Below the pieces are notes generated by a model. That model searched no databases, had not been told where the DNA came from, and worked only from the letters and a program-made list of their open reading frames with translations. Below, in pieces: positions 25,632-40,247 of a DNA stretch of 64,000 bases (positions are counted from its first letter, which is position 1; every line of letters begins with the position of its first letter). Made by a program: the position numbers and the translations under genes. Origin of the DNA: Eledone cirrhosa (lineage: Eukaryota); contig OZ024741.1 in assembly GCA_964016885.1 (NCBI GenBank), positions 173,290,001 through 173,354,000 of the forward strand. Direction: 5' to 3'.

Positions 25632-25662
<31 letters not shown>

Positions 25663-25790
25663 TACCAATACCATCTCCATCATCATCATCATATATATAA
25701 CATTTTGAAAATAAATATTTTACTCTACATTATGTATTAATTCCTTCATTTAATGTTTGGCCATTTTTATTAAAAATCATTATTATTAAT

Positions 25791-25980
25791 GAGGGCAGTG
25801 GATTGGCAGTATCGGTAGAGGTTCGGATGCCATGCTTTGACGCATTGAGTTACGGCCCTTGCCATTCTGAGTTCAAATCCCACCAAGGTTAACTTTGCCT
25901 TTCATACTTACGGGGTCGATAAAATAAAATACCAGTAATACACTGGGGTAATAGCTGGCCTTGTGCCAAAAGTAGTAACA
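25791..25980 (+). mobile_element. Young tRNA-derived SINE copy (TSD ATTATTAAT)
   Basis: Same family as 15765-15946. Confidence 0.85.
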
Positions 25981-26113
25981 ATTATTAATAATAATGATAC
26001 TAATATCACTCCACCCCATATCTTTTTAAAATATATTTTGTATCATAACTCTGAATTGATCTATAATAAAGGAATGTGTTTTTTAATAAATTTTATGTGG
26101 TATATACTTCTAG

Positions 26114-26251
26114 ATTAATCTCGAAAGAATTATAAGGGATAACAAGATGTTAGAGAGCAAATACCAGAAACTTGACACTGATTATAAAAGTCAGCTAGAA
26201 GTGGCTGAACAATTGAATCAAGAACTTGGCTTTAAAAACCAAGAATCGAAG
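26114..26251 (+). CDS. CFAP58: CFAP58 exon: INLERIIRD...NQESK
   Basis: ttctag|...|gtaaga; 138 nt, open in phase 0. Confidence 0.85.
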
Positions 26252-27004
26252 GTAAGATTTCACATCGATTTTATTACATTTATGTAATAAAACATCCTGT
26301 AATGATTTAGTAAAAAGTATCCAAAATGAGGGTTTGTTAATTCAGATGTTTATAGTTTCTTTATTAGTAGACAGATCATTGTGAGAATTCGCAGCAACAT
26401 CCTATAATGATTTAGCAGAAAATATGTAAAATTAGGGTTTTACATATTTTATTTATTGACTTCAAAATTTAAATGCTTATAGTATCTTTACTAGTGGACA
26501 GATCATTGAGAAAATTTACAGTAAACTAAAATATCGACTTGAATTTTTAATGTGATGCAGTCATAGTTCGTTCTTTTTACTTTTTATAAATGCCTTGTGA
26601 ATGCAGTTTTATGTGGTAGATGACAAAGAGTTAACTAGCAAATTGGCAGTCTTTAGGATATCAGATAGAGCGCCTCACAGTATTCATTCCGACTCTCTGA
26701 GTTCAAATCCCACCAAAGTCAACTTTGCTTTTCATCCTTTTGGAGTCAATAAATAAAGTACTAGTCCAGTACTGAGATTGATTCTTCTTCTATATCTCTC
26801 TTTCACTTCCTTTTTCTGGCTCCCTTTCTCTCTGTCTCTGGAAGTTGTGTTCAGGCCTAGAGAGGGATTACTAGTTCACTACTAGGTTAATTTTTCCTTT
26901 ATATCTTTTTCCCACTTTCCCACTCATTCTCTTTCTTTTGCTGGAAGAAATCAGCTGTATGAGTCATGATATACACACAGATACATGCATCCGTGTGTAT
27001 AGAG

Positions 27005-27200
27005 GGGGAATATCAGGTGTAGTGTTGGCAAATTTCAGGAAGCATGGAAGTTTTGAAGGATGCAGTATCCTGACAGCTAACAACTGATTCAAGTGGTTTG
27101 TTCCATGCTTCAGAAACTCTGAGCGTGAAAAAATGTTTCCAAACGTCATGGGAGCTGTGCTGTTTTCTGACATAACTTGTAGTATTTTTTCTGAAAAGGG
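27005..27200 (-). mobile_element. CR1-like LINE 3' fragment
   Basis: KHFFTLRVSEAWNKPLESVV resembles the CR1 C-terminal FFSxRVVxxWNxLP motif. Confidence 0.6.
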
Positions 27201-28954
27201 TCATAGGCACCACCATGCCTTCTCTGACTAAACAGTAAAATAATAAGAAAAAAACCCAACTCAGATTGATTAATATCTTGTCAGTAGAGTTTGTTAGACT
27301 GAGACTGTGTAGTAGCTAATTGTATAACTAATAACTCTTTCTGGGCTTCATGATTCACTACTAAGATGTAGTTACTGATTAATAAAAAAAATGGGATGGT
27401 CATGGCTAGAATGTCTTGGATTATTGTCAACCTGTGGATTACTTGGCGATTGGGTACCTTTAACAAGTATTTGAGCTAAATCTCCAGTCTAAGGATAAGT
27501 TCTTCATATATGCAACCAGTCTCAGAGGTCATGATAAACAACTGGAGTGTGAGGGGAACATCACGAACACTGCCTTTTCCTCCTTGATAAAAGAATCAAA
27601 AAAATTTTCTCTTCTAGTTGCTTAATATTGCTGTCTGCTGCCCCTGTTCTTTCAATCTTTTCAGTCCTGTTTCCCAGCTATTATACCTATATCAAGTGTG
27701 GTCAGTTGGCAAAGTCATTTAGCATTGGATGAATAATTAGCAGTATTTGTTCTTATGGCTCTTTACATTCTGATTTCAAATCCTCCTGAGGTCAACTTTG
27801 CCTTTCATCCTTTCAAGGTTGACATAATAAACTACCAGTTAAATACTAGAGCCGATATAATCAATTTTCCACTCCCCACAAATTGGTGGCCTTGTGCATA
27901 CATCTGAAATCCTTATACTTCTATCTACACCACTGAAAACTAACAACACTAAGATGAACAACAACAAGGACAACAACCTCAAGAGTTTTATTGGTTTTAT
28001 ATACTAAATGATATTGTTCTTTCAAGAATCTTTATCTGTTCTTACAGTTCTCTAGGTGAAAGCTTCACACATATATTGGCTGTACATTTTCTCTCATTAC
28101 TACATTTCTCTGACAGACAATTAGATTTTGAGAAGTCGTCTTCCTGTTTCATGGTGACATTAGGCTTGAGAGAAATTCTGCCATTCTCTATTTCTTAACA
28201 GCTATATGAGGTCTGTCAAAAATCTATCTAACTGTATTTTTTCCTGTGGGATGTAATAGCGTTAGAGAAACAAAAGTGTGCAGAGTGAAGCCTCATACAT
28301 TCTTGTGCACACGTGGATTTTGGTGAGCTCACTGGATGCATGAGTCACATCAGGCTGCTGGCATCTGAATTGGTATTTCTGGTCCCTCCAACACCTCATT
28401 AAACTTTCTGCATGAACCCCATATGTCCCAGTTAAATATTTCAACCAGAAGTTTGGGATCTTGTTATGTTGTGGTGCCTTCCAGTTGCTTGTTTTTTTTC
28501 AGTGTGTTAGATACACCTACTGTGATGTCTTCGACAATTGTTCTGGTTCTGTGTTCTAATCTATCATGTGCATGGTAATTCCCCAATGGCCCACACTCCT
28601 CTCTTGAACTCTTCCACTTATTTTTCATTCATTTTACCATTTATTCTTTATTAATTCATTCAAATAATTTTTATTTGTTCATTTTATCATTTACCTTTCC
28701 CTCATTCCTTCATTTTAAATTTCTTCCTTTATTTATTTTTTTTCATTTATTTATTCATTTCCATATATTTTTGTTTATTTATTTTTTATTCATCCATTTA
28801 TTTTTTATTTATTCTTGTATATTTTTATTTATTCCCTAATTTTTATATTTATATATTTATTTGTTACTAAGATCAAAATATACTTTGTGTGTGTGTGTGT
28901 AGTGTTTATTCTTCTTCTCTATAAAACTTGCTGTTTCATCTAACTTTTGGGTAG

Positions 28955-29114
28955 CAAAAAGACGATGAAGTTGGAGTTTTGAAGCGAGAATGTGAACGCC
29001 TGAACAAGATCAAAGAAGTAGTCGGCAGGAAATTGAAAGTTCTGGAAGACAGCAAATCTGAAGGGGAGAAAGAAAAGGAGGTGCTAAAATCACAAATAAG
29101 TATATTGGAGAAAG
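28955..29114 (+). CDS. CFAP58: CFAP58 exon: QKDDEVGVLKRECERLNKIKE...ILEK
   Basis: gtag|...|gtaagt; phase 0 to 1. Confidence 0.87.
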
Positions 29115-29320
29115 GTAAGTAAGATAGCTCAATAAAATTACATATTGCAGCAGCAGTAGAATTGGTTATGTGATGAAGGAATTTACTCTACAACCATTTG
29201 GTTTCATGTTCAGTTCTATTGTGTGGCACTTTTAGCAATTGTTTTCTATACTGTAGCCTCTGGTTGACCAATGCCTTGTGAGTAGAATTTAGTAGATGGA
29301 ATCAGCAGAAACCTGTTATA

Positions 29321-29555
29321 TATCATCATCATCATCATCATCATCATCGTTTAACGTCCCTGTTCCACGCTTGCATGGGTTTGGACGGGGGTTTTCCCAC
29401 TTGAGGCAAGAGTGGTTGTCTTGCTCGCATAGGACTGTCTGGCGGGTTTTCTACAGCTGGATGCCCTTCCTAACACCAACCACATTTACAGTGTGTGGCT
29501 GGGAGGTTTTTACCGTGTTGCCTACACGGCCACATTACAGCGTGGACTGTCTGGC
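29321..29555 (-). mobile_element. RTE 3' UTR fragment with (GAT)n tail
   Basis: Reverse complement of ~450-677. Confidence 0.85.
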
Positions 29556-30215
29556 GTATATATATATATATTTATATTTTGGTGTGTGTATGCAATAACA
29601 ATTTATATTAAACACCAACCAGAACTTAACTCAAATGGCCAGTTTAATCTGCATAATGTGCATTTAGTGGTGATGCAATTAATTAAACAAATATGTATCG
29701 GTTTGACCCTCATCCCAAGCTATCAATGATACTAACTACACATGAAGATGAATCTATCAAAATTTTTACATTTCATTTTCCATGCTTGCATGGGTTAAGT
29801 CAGTCTCTTCAGCACAGCATCTTTCCACTTGACTGTTACTTTTGTTATCTTTGTGATGTTCGGCATCCTGTGATCTTCTCTTACCACTTCTGCCCGAGTT
29901 TTTCTTGGTCTTCCCCTTCCATGGATTACTTCCATTTAGAACTTTTGGCACTTCTTCACTCAACAATCTTCATTCACACTGAGCTGGCTAGCCACAGGTG
30001 TGAGCCTCCGGGGAAAATACCTTCTCTGTTCTGCCTGCCGGGACTGTAGGGCAGCCATCATGTGGGACCCCATTTGCCCATATTAGTGAGAGATGGGGAG
30101 GGCAAGAGAGACAGAGGCGATGACAGTGGGAGTTTGGCTCCTCTTCGTTCGGACTTGGTGTACATGTGTGTGTATGTTTGCTTCTATTCATTCGATATTA
30201 TATTATATTATATTA

Positions 30216-30392
30216 TTGGCAGTATCGGTAAGGGTCGGACGCCATGCTTTGAAGCATAGTTACCTCCCTTTATGATCTGAGTTCAAATCTCGCCGAGGTT
30301 AACTTTGCCTTTCATCATTACGGGGTCGATAAAATAAAGTGCCAGTAATGCACTGGGATAATTGCTGGCCTTGTGCCAAAAGTAGAAACAAT
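30216..30392 (+). mobile_element. Young tRNA-derived SINE copy
   Basis: Same family as 15765-15946. Confidence 0.85.
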
Positions 30393-31128
30393 TATATGCT
30401 TGGCTAACTGTATACAATACATTCACACATTGTGTCCATACCACTGTAATATTCTCTTTTGCACATCTGATTCCTCTTATACTCAGTTTTTGTTCCAACT
30501 CATCTGTGTTTTCGTATTTATGCGCATGTGCACTGACGTTACACACCCAACAGAGCATACTTGATTCATTTTTTTCTAGTTTTCACATATCCTTTGAACT
30601 CAATATTTATTTATTTATTTATATATTTATTCTCAACTCACGCTATATCAGTATTCTAATAATTCCAGAAGATGCTGTATGTTATACACATAAACAACCA
30701 AGTTAGCATATGTTTACTGTTTGTGGGAGGTAGTGAATGACCTTTCTTTGTTTCTATACATAGCATACTGCAGGGACATTAGCAGAGTTTTTTGTGAGTA
30801 ACAACCTGTCAAAATTATTGGAGTTTTAAAGTGTAACATTTTTAGCTTGACCTTTTCTTTTATGGACATTTCTAATTCAGAAAACTAAAATATTTCTCTC
30901 ACATCCTTTGCAACTATTTGACAAGTTTTTCAATGATATTTTTTTCTTCCTGCCTTGCTCTCTCTCATTATATTTGTCTTCATAAAGTTATATTAGTTTG
31001 CTTTCTGTAAAATACACAGATGGGCTTCCGTTTACAAGTTGGCTTTCCTTCAGTTAAAAAGTACCAGCAGTTATGCACTGGAATTATGTCAACAGATAAT
31101 ATAGTTTCATCACCAACATCATTACCAT

Positions 31129-31170
<42 letters not shown>

Positions 31171-31426
31171 TTTTTTACACTTGTTTTATTTTTTTCTGTG
31201 CGAGCATTGATTAGGAACTTGATATGTTTTGAGGCATCTCTTCTAGTTGGATGTCCTTCCTGATGCCAAGCCATACTCTATTTATACGTATGGTATAAAC
31301 TGCTTGTCTTCATCAAATAGGATAGCTGCAAGACAAAACGTTTATTCTGGACATAAACAAACATCACTGGTTGCTTTAAGAGGAGTTAATATGGAGCGGT
31401 TCACAATAAACTCACTCACACACACA

Positions 31427-31473
<47 letters not shown>

Positions 31474-32305
31474 GTTCATAGACAAAGTATTAGGTTTATA
31501 TTAATTATATTAACAGCTAGTAGTAGTAATACCTGATAATAATTATTTCTAACATTGGTACAAGGCCAGCAATTTTGCAGAATGAGAAAGTGGATTATAT
31601 TGACCCCAGTACATGACTGGTACATTAATCTATTGACCCCAGAAGGATAAAAAGCAAAGTTGACTTCAGCGAGATTTGAACTCAGAACATAAAGGGCTAT
31701 AACATAACTAACTGCTGCAAAGCATTTTGTCTGATGTTTTAATAATTCTGACAATTCACCATGATAGAAACTTCATGAGCAAAAGCGGGAACCTCTACAT
31801 GGTTACTTGATCTGCTAGAAGCAGCAACTAAATCTCCTTCAAATCACACAGTACTGTTTTTGAAAAGGAAATTAGTCATTATTCAAATACTGCAAGTTTT
31901 TACAACAGTCTGACCACAAGAAAAAATACTACATACATTTGAAGGAACAAACCACATTAGCAAACCATTCTTGAAAAGTAGAAAGCAGCGTTACAACTGT
32001 ATCACTTTAAAAACTAAAGTCTTTAGCTTAGTACTGCAAATCTTCACAATGATCTGACCACCATTAAAGATACTACATACTAAACATTTGAATTAACAAA
32101 CCTGTTTATGGGCATTTTCTGCTAACTCATTACAGGATATTAAGAGTTAAGGCAAGTCACTAGATTTGAGATAATGTCAGCATCATTGTCACTATTTTAG
32201 AGTCATTTCAACCATTATAACCATATACAATATTATAGCCCTAGGATTTTTTTTTATTATTAAATTAAAATAATAATATCAATGGTGTAACTATTTTACA
32301 TATAG

Positions 32306-32388
32306 CTATTGAAACCAATAAAAGGAATACAGAAAGAGAGAAAAAAGAACTGGAAACTCTAACGAAAAATAGAGACCTAATTAATAAG
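32306..32388 (+). CDS. CFAP58: CFAP58 exon: (A)IETNKRNTEREKKELETLTKNRDLINK
   Basis: tatag|...|gtaaag; phase 1 to 0, restores the frame. Confidence 0.85.
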
Positions 32389-32460
32389 GTAAAGGAAACT
32401 GTAAATTTTGATAATAGAGATATCATTGTTTAAACAATAGATTGCCTTTTGGTGAGAGAG

Positions 32461-32496
<36 letters not shown>

Positions 32497-33849
32497 AAAG
32501 AAGACAAATCGACCTCAGTATTTGATTTCCAGCAAATAAAACAAGAGACTGGTTGAGAATGTTTTCTAAAATGAATGAAGAATGAAATATTTCATTGCGG
32601 TCATAGAAGCCAACAGGTATTCTACCAATTATTTAATGTCATGTGTAGAAATTAAGGCTCCACTGAGATAACAATAATCATATTCTATTATTTGTCTTTT
32701 ACCTCGGTTTTTAAGAGTTGCCCATTCATAACCGATTTTATTTTTTTACGGTTGATACAACAGCCTAGATTTACACCCATTTACAATGATTTCTATGCTA
32801 GCATTAATGAACCTTTTTTTAATTTAATTTTATTTTGTTTTGTTTATTTTGTTTTGCAATCTATGGGTTAAAATATTTGAGAGGACTTTTCTTATGTGTC
32901 AAGAACAATACAACTTTCCTAGTGCTGATGGCAGTACACTTTGTAAAGTGATTAGTGTTAGGAAGGATATCATCATTAGAGTTGTAAGAACACAAAACCA
33001 CATTTTCAGTGTAAATAAAGGGTACTCAAAAGTTAGTGTTCAACAGCCAGTAGAGGAATAATAGTAAACTATGAGATAAAGACCATCAATTTCATTCATT
33101 TTTTTTTTGTTTTGTTTTGATTTTTAGCTAGATGTTTGTGACATATGAGAGGAGCTTATTTATCAGCTAAGCAACTGGAGTGATGAATTGGCAAATTGGC
33201 AGAGTGGTTAGAGAATTGAAAAAAACCAAACTGTCCTGTATTTTGAGTTCAAATTTTGTTGGCATCAACTTTCATTCTTTCAAGGTTGATAAAATAAAGT
33301 AACAGTCCAGTGCAGGTAATTGGCAGAATTGTTAGTTTCAGACAAGATGTATTGCAACATTTGCTCTAGCTCTTTTCATTCAGAGTTCAAATCTCCCTGT
33401 GGCTTACTTGGGTGGTAGACCTAATATGTTGTTTGTTTAACACCAACACCTGACTCTTGAGTGCTTTTATTGGGGTTTTCTTTGTAAGATATATCAAATA
33501 CCACAAGGTATCTTGTCTAACATTCTAACAATTCCACCAATCTACTGCCACTGAACTGCTACTTTATATTATCAACCTTGGAAGAATAAAAAGTAAAGTC
33601 GACCTCAATGGGATTTAAAATTGAAACAAACACTACAAGGGATTACGTTCTTTGTTATGATGACTCAGTCACTTTAATGGACTAAACAAGTTGATTGTTA
33701 GTTTATTTTCTGCCAATATGAGGGACTAAAAGGAGTTGATTGCTATGCTAGTTTGTTCTTTGCTAATTTACTGTACAGAACAGAGTTGATTGTTAGCTTA
33801 TTATCTATCAATTCAATGATCTAAACAGATTTGATTGCTGGTTTTTCAG

Positions 33850-34012
33850 CAGCGGTGGATTGGCAGTATCGGTGGAGGGTTGGACGCTATGCTTTGCAGC
33901 AAAGAGTTACAACCCTTTATGGTTTGAGTTTAAATCCGCCGGGGTCGATAAAATAAAGTCTCAGTAATATACTGGGTTAATTGCTGGCCTTGTGCCAAAA
34001 GTAGAAACAATT
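33850..34012 (+). mobile_element. tRNA-derived SINE copy with internal deletion
   Basis: Same family; lacks the gcctttcatcc segment. Confidence 0.8.
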
Positions 34013-34794
34013 ATTTTAATAGTCATAGGGCAGTGAAATAACAAAAATGGTAGTCCTTCAAACTACATAACTTATATAGAATCTATTTTTGTATTATCCA
34101 ATCCCCAAGGCTGAGAATATATTCAACTAACTGTACCTGATACAATAAGACAGCAAATTAGCAGAGTCATCAATGTATTGGATAGAATACTTTGCAGTAT
34201 TTGTTCCAGCTTCCTGCACTCTGCATTCAGATCCTGTCACAAGGTTAACTTTGTCTTTCATCTTTTCAGGATTGATAAAATAAAGTTCCAGTGTAGGGAA
34301 TGGTTCTTCTTCGTTCACTATTTCTCTGGCTCTCATTCTTTCCTTTTCTCTAGAAGAAATTGTTTTTCATAAGTCATGGAGAGAAAGGAGCTCTGCTAGT
34401 TTTAAAATGTTCAAAGCATGCCATTTATGATGGCACCTTGTCAACTCCATTAGAAGCTGAGGCCTAAGGAATAAATAATAAAATATTTAACTCACGCACA
34501 TAACAATTCAAGTCACTTATGATATTCTGTTTGTGTATTAAAAAAAAATAATGTAATATAATATATACAAAGCATTGTGAAAAATGTTAGAATTAATTTG
34601 AAGAAGACAGTATAATGCAAGTTAGAAATACAAGAGTTTAAACTGAATAAAATAAGAAAAGTAAAGCATTTAAACCATTTACACTTTTACCCCTTTTCTT
34701 CTTCATATTTCGGGGTTAACAACCCCTTTTCAAAATAAATAAATAAATAAAATGGGAAATGGATGTGTGATGGTGATGGCGAACTAACAAAATT

Positions 34795-35140
34795 AGTTTT
34801 CAAAACATTTCTAAATATTTCTAAAATATTTCTAAATATATCTAAAATGTTTCTAAAGCATTTTTAAATGTTTAAAAAATATATCTAAATATTTTGAAAA
34901 TGCTTCTGAATATTTTTAAAAAGTTTCTAAAATGCTTTTAAATGTTTAAAAAATATTTCTAAATATTTCAGCAATATTTCCAAATATTTCAAAAATATTT
35001 TCAACTATTTCTAAATATTCCTAAATATTCCTAAAATGTTTCTAAATGTCTCTTAAATATTTTCAAATATTTCAAAAATATTTCAAAAATGTTTGTAAAT
35101 ATTTTAAAATGTTTTAAAATATTTTTAGAATGTTTCAATA
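34795..35140. repeat. AT-rich degenerate ~11-12-nt tandem repeat
   Basis: Repeated aaatatttct / aaaatgtttc. Confidence 0.8.
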
Positions 35141-35171
35141 TCAGAAAAACAAATTTTCTGTGTTATTCTAG

Positions 35172-35363
35172 GATCTACGGAAAGCAAATAGTTTGAAAGA
35201 AGAACATCTTAACCAGGTGAAAGCCTTGGAACAAAACAAAAAGAACCTTGAACAAGAGATAGGTAACCACAAAGAAGAAGCCCAGAAGCAAAGAAAGTTG
35301 ATCTATCAGTTAGAGAAAGAAAGAGACAGATATATCAATGAAGCCAGTGACCTCACACATAAG
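35172..35363 (+). CDS. CFAP58: CFAP58 exon: DLRKAN...EAQKQRKLIYQLEKERDRYINEASDLTHK
   Basis: ctag|...|gtaaat; strong match to the recalled CFAP58 motif EAQKQRKIIFHLEKERDRYINQASDLT. Confidence 0.93.
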
Positions 35364-36089
35364 GTAAATTAATCTTTTCTTAATTATATCATTATAGGTA
35401 AGAACACAGCATAGCTGAGGGGTTAAGAAGTTCACTTTACAATCATGAGGTGCCAGATTTAATCCTTTTGTGTGGAATCTTGGGCAAGGGTCTTTTACTA
35501 TTATCATCATCATCAACATTTTTATGATTGTTTCTATCTTCTTTGCTGGCATGGGTTGGACGAGACAATTTTGAAACAATATTCTGCAACCAGATACCTT
35601 TATTAAAGCCAACTTGTTTTAAAGTAAAGTACTAATATTCATACATTGAACGGTTGAGCTGTGGAACATATTTATGCAGGACCTAAAAAACATCACCGAC
35701 AAACAATATCAATGCAAAGCAAAGACACACATGTAAACATGCACATACACACACACAAACACACACATATATATATATATATACATACATTATATATATA
35801 ATGTATGTATATATATATATATACATACATTATATATATATATACATACATTATATAGATACTAACAAAATTAAATTAAAGATGTCATGTCTGAGAATAT
35901 TAGAAACATGCTCCATATCACCTGTAGAATAAGCTCAAAGATTCTAAGGAATAAATCCGAGCATTTATTAAAATTAAATTAAAAGTCGATTGACATATAT
36001 ATATAAAATAAACATATCAAATATTGACAGGGGATAATTTGTAAAATGTTTGATATGCTTATTTTATATATATATGTCAATCGACTTTT

Positions 36090-36280
<191 letters not shown>

Positions 36281-36289
36281 TTTGAAGGT

Positions 36290-36623
36290 GCATGGCTTAG
36301 TGGTTAGAGTATTGAGCTTACAATCGTGAGGTTGTGAGTTTGATTCTTGGGCTGGGCTTTGCATTTTATTCTTGAGCAAGACACTTTATTTCACGTTGCC
36401 CCAGTTCACTCAGCTGTAGAAGTGAGTTGCAACATCACTGGTGCCAAGCTGTATTGGCCATTGCCTTTCCCTTGGACAACATTGGTCACATGTAGAGGGG
36501 AGACTGGTATGCATGGGCGACTGCTGATCTTCCACAAACAACCTTGCCCAGACTTGTGCCTCGGAGGGTAACTTACAAGGTGCAAATCCTATGATCATTC
36601 ATGACTGAAGGGGGTCTTTACCC
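36290..36623 (+). mobile_element. Second tRNA-derived SINE family (CORE-like cttgagcaagacactt)
   Basis: tggcttagtggttag A-box, gagtttgattc B-box; relatives near 14740-14870(-), 23190-23430(-), 60225-60525(+). Confidence 0.65.
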
Positions 36624-36642
36624 TATATATACATAGATTATA

Positions 36643-39245
36643 TCTCTCTATATAAAATAGCTTGTTTGTTTATCTGTTTGTCTCCTGTGCACTTAAAATC
36701 CAGTAGACCAATTATGTTCAAACTTGGCATGTGAGTTCTTTAGACTCAGGAATAGGATATCCTCACACTTGGACTTATATTAATTTGTCTGCTTGTCAAT
36801 CTGTGCTAACAATGGTTGTTGTGAGTTATCATCTTCACTAAGATGGAAAATAGAGAGAATTTGAGAGAAAGTCAGCATACACATGAAATTAAATAGAGTA
36901 CTGAAAGCTAATGATGGAACTAAGTAAGTAAGTTACCAATGCATCAACGAGTAGAGAAAGAAATAGAGATAAAGAAAGTGAGCGACACATTGAACATACT
37001 AAAGCAACAAACTTACACCTGCTGCAGTATTAAATGTCCCCCTCTCTCTCCTGCATGATAGCAGGTTTGACTAAAACAAATGGGTACCATACATTCAATC
37101 AACATAAAGCAACAACACATGCCTGCTTTAGTATCAAAATCCGGTCTCGCCTCTCTCGGATGCAGCACATTTTGTCATACATTCTTTACATCTGTGTATA
37201 TCTGTCATATCTACTTCATATTTAGCCCATGAACAAAAATGACTTCCATACCACTTGTGGGCATTGTGTTTCTATTTTAACGCATGTTAAGGAAAGTAAC
37301 TCTGAGTAAGTTGTGGTTACAGTTGGCAGGGGCAGTGACGCTGTTGACGTCTCATCATTACCATGACTACCAACATTATTTTTCCAAACTCAAGAAAGCT
37401 TATAGATGTAAGTTTGAAAGCAGATGCAACAAAGTGGAGACCCAGCTAGATCTTGTCAACAAAATCTCCATACGGTTTAAATGTACAAGTCTCCAATATC
37501 CACATGGTTAAATGTCAGCAAAAAGACACACAGGAATCATTACCTGGATGTGGCCTGGTCCCCATAGAGTGTAAGAAGTTAAGGGCCGAAAGGTGGGGCT
37601 TTTTCTCTGAAAACCTTCTGTTGCCCAGCTCTCCTGAGAGTGTCTTACCTTTATCTTCTTCATATCTTTTCCATGTGTGTGTATATATATATGTCACATC
37701 TTTCTACTTAGCTCTCTGTGTATGTGTGTGTGTGTCAGCCTCACATTAAATTTTGGGTTCTTTATTTGAATTATGGAAACACTACTAAAAATAACACTTA
37801 TGAACGTTTAATATTTTTTGCATAATCATTTCCATTAGTTTTTGGTTGTTTTTTTCCAAAAAAATAACTGTAAGTTAATGCAGTGAGTCCTCATTCAATG
37901 AAATTTTACTCCATCATTAACAGAAAAATGTTAAATATTTAGATAAATGATAGTGACATTGGAAGCTGCAAGCAAAAAATGCCTCTGAAAAATAACAGAC
38001 TTTCATTTGGAAGAAAGTCTCATAAAGCTATGGCAAAGCAGCTACAAAGGGAGAATGTAAGTGAAAAGCAGTTACAAGAAAGACTCCAAAAACAAAGAAA
38101 ATCAACAGCGAAATATAGGCAAAATGAATCAGAAGAACAAAGATCAAAAAGGCTTGTTAATAATAGGACAAGGAAAGCAACTATTCGTCAAAAGGAATTA
38201 AGTGTATGAAACAACAGCACAAACCAGACAGGATGAATCAGTTGCACAAAGATCATCAAGACAGCACAACAAAGAATAAGAAGTGCACAGAATAGACATG
38301 ACGAATCAGAGAAACAAAGATCAAAAAGACTTGCTGAAGATAGGACAATGGAAGTAACTATTCATCAAGGGGAATCAGAGGTACAGAAGTCATCAAGACA
38401 GCAAATGGAGAGAAATAGAGCAGCTCAAAGGCAGCATGAAGAGACTGAACCTCAAACAACTCAAAAGGTATGTGAACAGAGAGCAAGAACAGAAGATTTA
38501 CAATTTACAAAGGTTGCCGCATGGAACTTTGCTACTTTTAGTTACAATCCACATCATAACTATGCCTCAGAACCTTTAAATTAAATTTCTTCAATAAACA
38601 AAATTTGTCCAAATTGCAGTACTAAAACCTGGAATGGTAAGTCAACTGGATTGTGCTGTTTAAATGGAAAGATTAATTTTAAACTATTACCTGAATCACC
38701 AGAACCCTTGAGGGGACTGCTGATTGGTACAACTACTGTATGAAGACACTTTATTCAAAATATCCAGAAGTACAATAATTGTTTCTACTTTTGGCACAAG
38801 GCCAGCAATTACCCAGTGTATTACTGGTACTTTATTTTATCGACCCCGTAAGGATGAAAGGCAAAGTTAACCTCGGCGGGATTTGAACTCAGAATGGCAA
38901 GGGCCGTAACTCTATGCGTCAAAGCATGGCGCCCGACCCTCTACCGATACTGCCAATGCATTCCAAATAACATCATTTGGTGCAAACATCATCCATAAAA
39001 GTAGCTTTATACCAACTTTCAAGATGCAAGTGTACCATACAATTGGACTACTTCAGCCACCTTCAGAAGAGGAACCAAAAAATTTACAACTGTATTTCAT
39101 CAGTGATATGAAAGCCCAAGCACATAGAGGATATGAAAGGAATAAAGAAAGAAATTATGAAATCATATGGCAAATACAAGATATAGTACATACAAGAAAC
39201 AGCTATATTAGGCTTTTCAAATATACCCTAGAAAAAGGTTTAAAA
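36643..39245 (+). mobile_element. Decayed autonomous-type Helitron 5' part (Rep N-terminal region ~37979-39245)
   Basis: 5' end a|TCTCTCTATATAAAA; ESEEQRSKRL-type repeats; CPNC...CCLNGK...PESPEPL...HFIQNIQKYNN/AFQITSFG...QVYHTIGLLQP...PKNLQLYF; several stops. Confidence 0.8.
38779..38957 (-). mobile_element. Young tRNA-derived SINE copy inside the Helitron ORF
   Basis: Reverse complement of the 45861-46047 family; splits YNN|AFQ. Confidence 0.88.
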
Positions 39246-39409
39246 GAAATTTCATATATATATATATATATATATATGAAATGTAGAAAAGTGATACACG
39301 AGTTGATATATATAAATAAATAGTAAAAAGGAAAACATACAGTAGAAAATGCTGGAGGGATTTTTTCAGTATAATATCAAAACATTTATTTATAAAGTGG
39401 AGATTTCCG

Positions 39410-39457
39410 CATTTAATCGTGGTACCAGTTTCAGCATTATATACTTTTTCAACAATG
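39410..39457 (-). ncRNA. Degenerate hammerhead-like motif (U3:A8 core)
   Basis: Minus strand cattg-TTGAAAA-agtat ata atgct-GAAA-ctggtaccacg..., AATAAA downstream; triplet and stem I imperfect. Confidence 0.4.
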
Positions 39458-40159
39458 GAAGTGTAAAGTACAGTTAAATTGCATATTTATACGAATAATA
39501 ATAAAATGGAGAAGAAGAATTATTAGTTTTTACATTTATATTTAGAGAGGAAAGTTCATGTTTCTGTCCGAGGCTCTCTTTTCGCTCTCTGTTAGTTGAC
39601 CAACATATATATATGTTTGTGTGTGTGTGTGTGTTAGTTGAGTGTGTAACTACAGTTACAGGCGATGTGCCATTCAAAGCTCTCGGTGCTGTTATGAGAT
39701 CCGTCTCATGTTTGGTTGTATACCAGAGTTAAGGTGGCTGTAGTGTGCAGAGTGTAAAAGAAGTACAATCCTAAGGATTTTACCCTGCGCTGATTGATAT
39801 GGAAACAATTGTAATATGTCAATAAAGTATATATAATTGCTGCAACAGTGACTTTGATCTTACTTACTTTATATATATATACTTTCAGTAAAAATTGTTT
39901 TGGTAAAAAACAGGAGTAAGCAAGGGAAAGCTCTCTACATTCATAGTGTGTAGTTATGATGGAGATTCAGTATTAGAATAACATGAAAAAAGATATTGAT
40001 ATTACATAAATCCTTTATTCATAATAATTATTTCAACAGTTCCTTTATGCAATCCACAATATAATGTATGCATTTGTTGTATGTATGCATATGTTTGCTG
40101 GGTTCACAAGAAGAAGGACATGTTTTTTTTTTGCCTGTGGCATATCACATAATCAGATT

Positions 40160-40247
40160 TTTATCTGAAGATACTGTTCCCATACCAACAAATGCATACA
40201 TTACATTGTGGATTGCATAAGGGAACCGTTGAAATAATTATAATGAA
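40160..40247 (+). ncRNA. Type I hammerhead with long stem II, sense strand of CFAP58 intron
   Basis: tttat-CTGAAGA-[tactgttccc...gggaaccgtt]-GAAA-taatta-TA-atgaa, then AATAAA. Confidence 0.72.
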
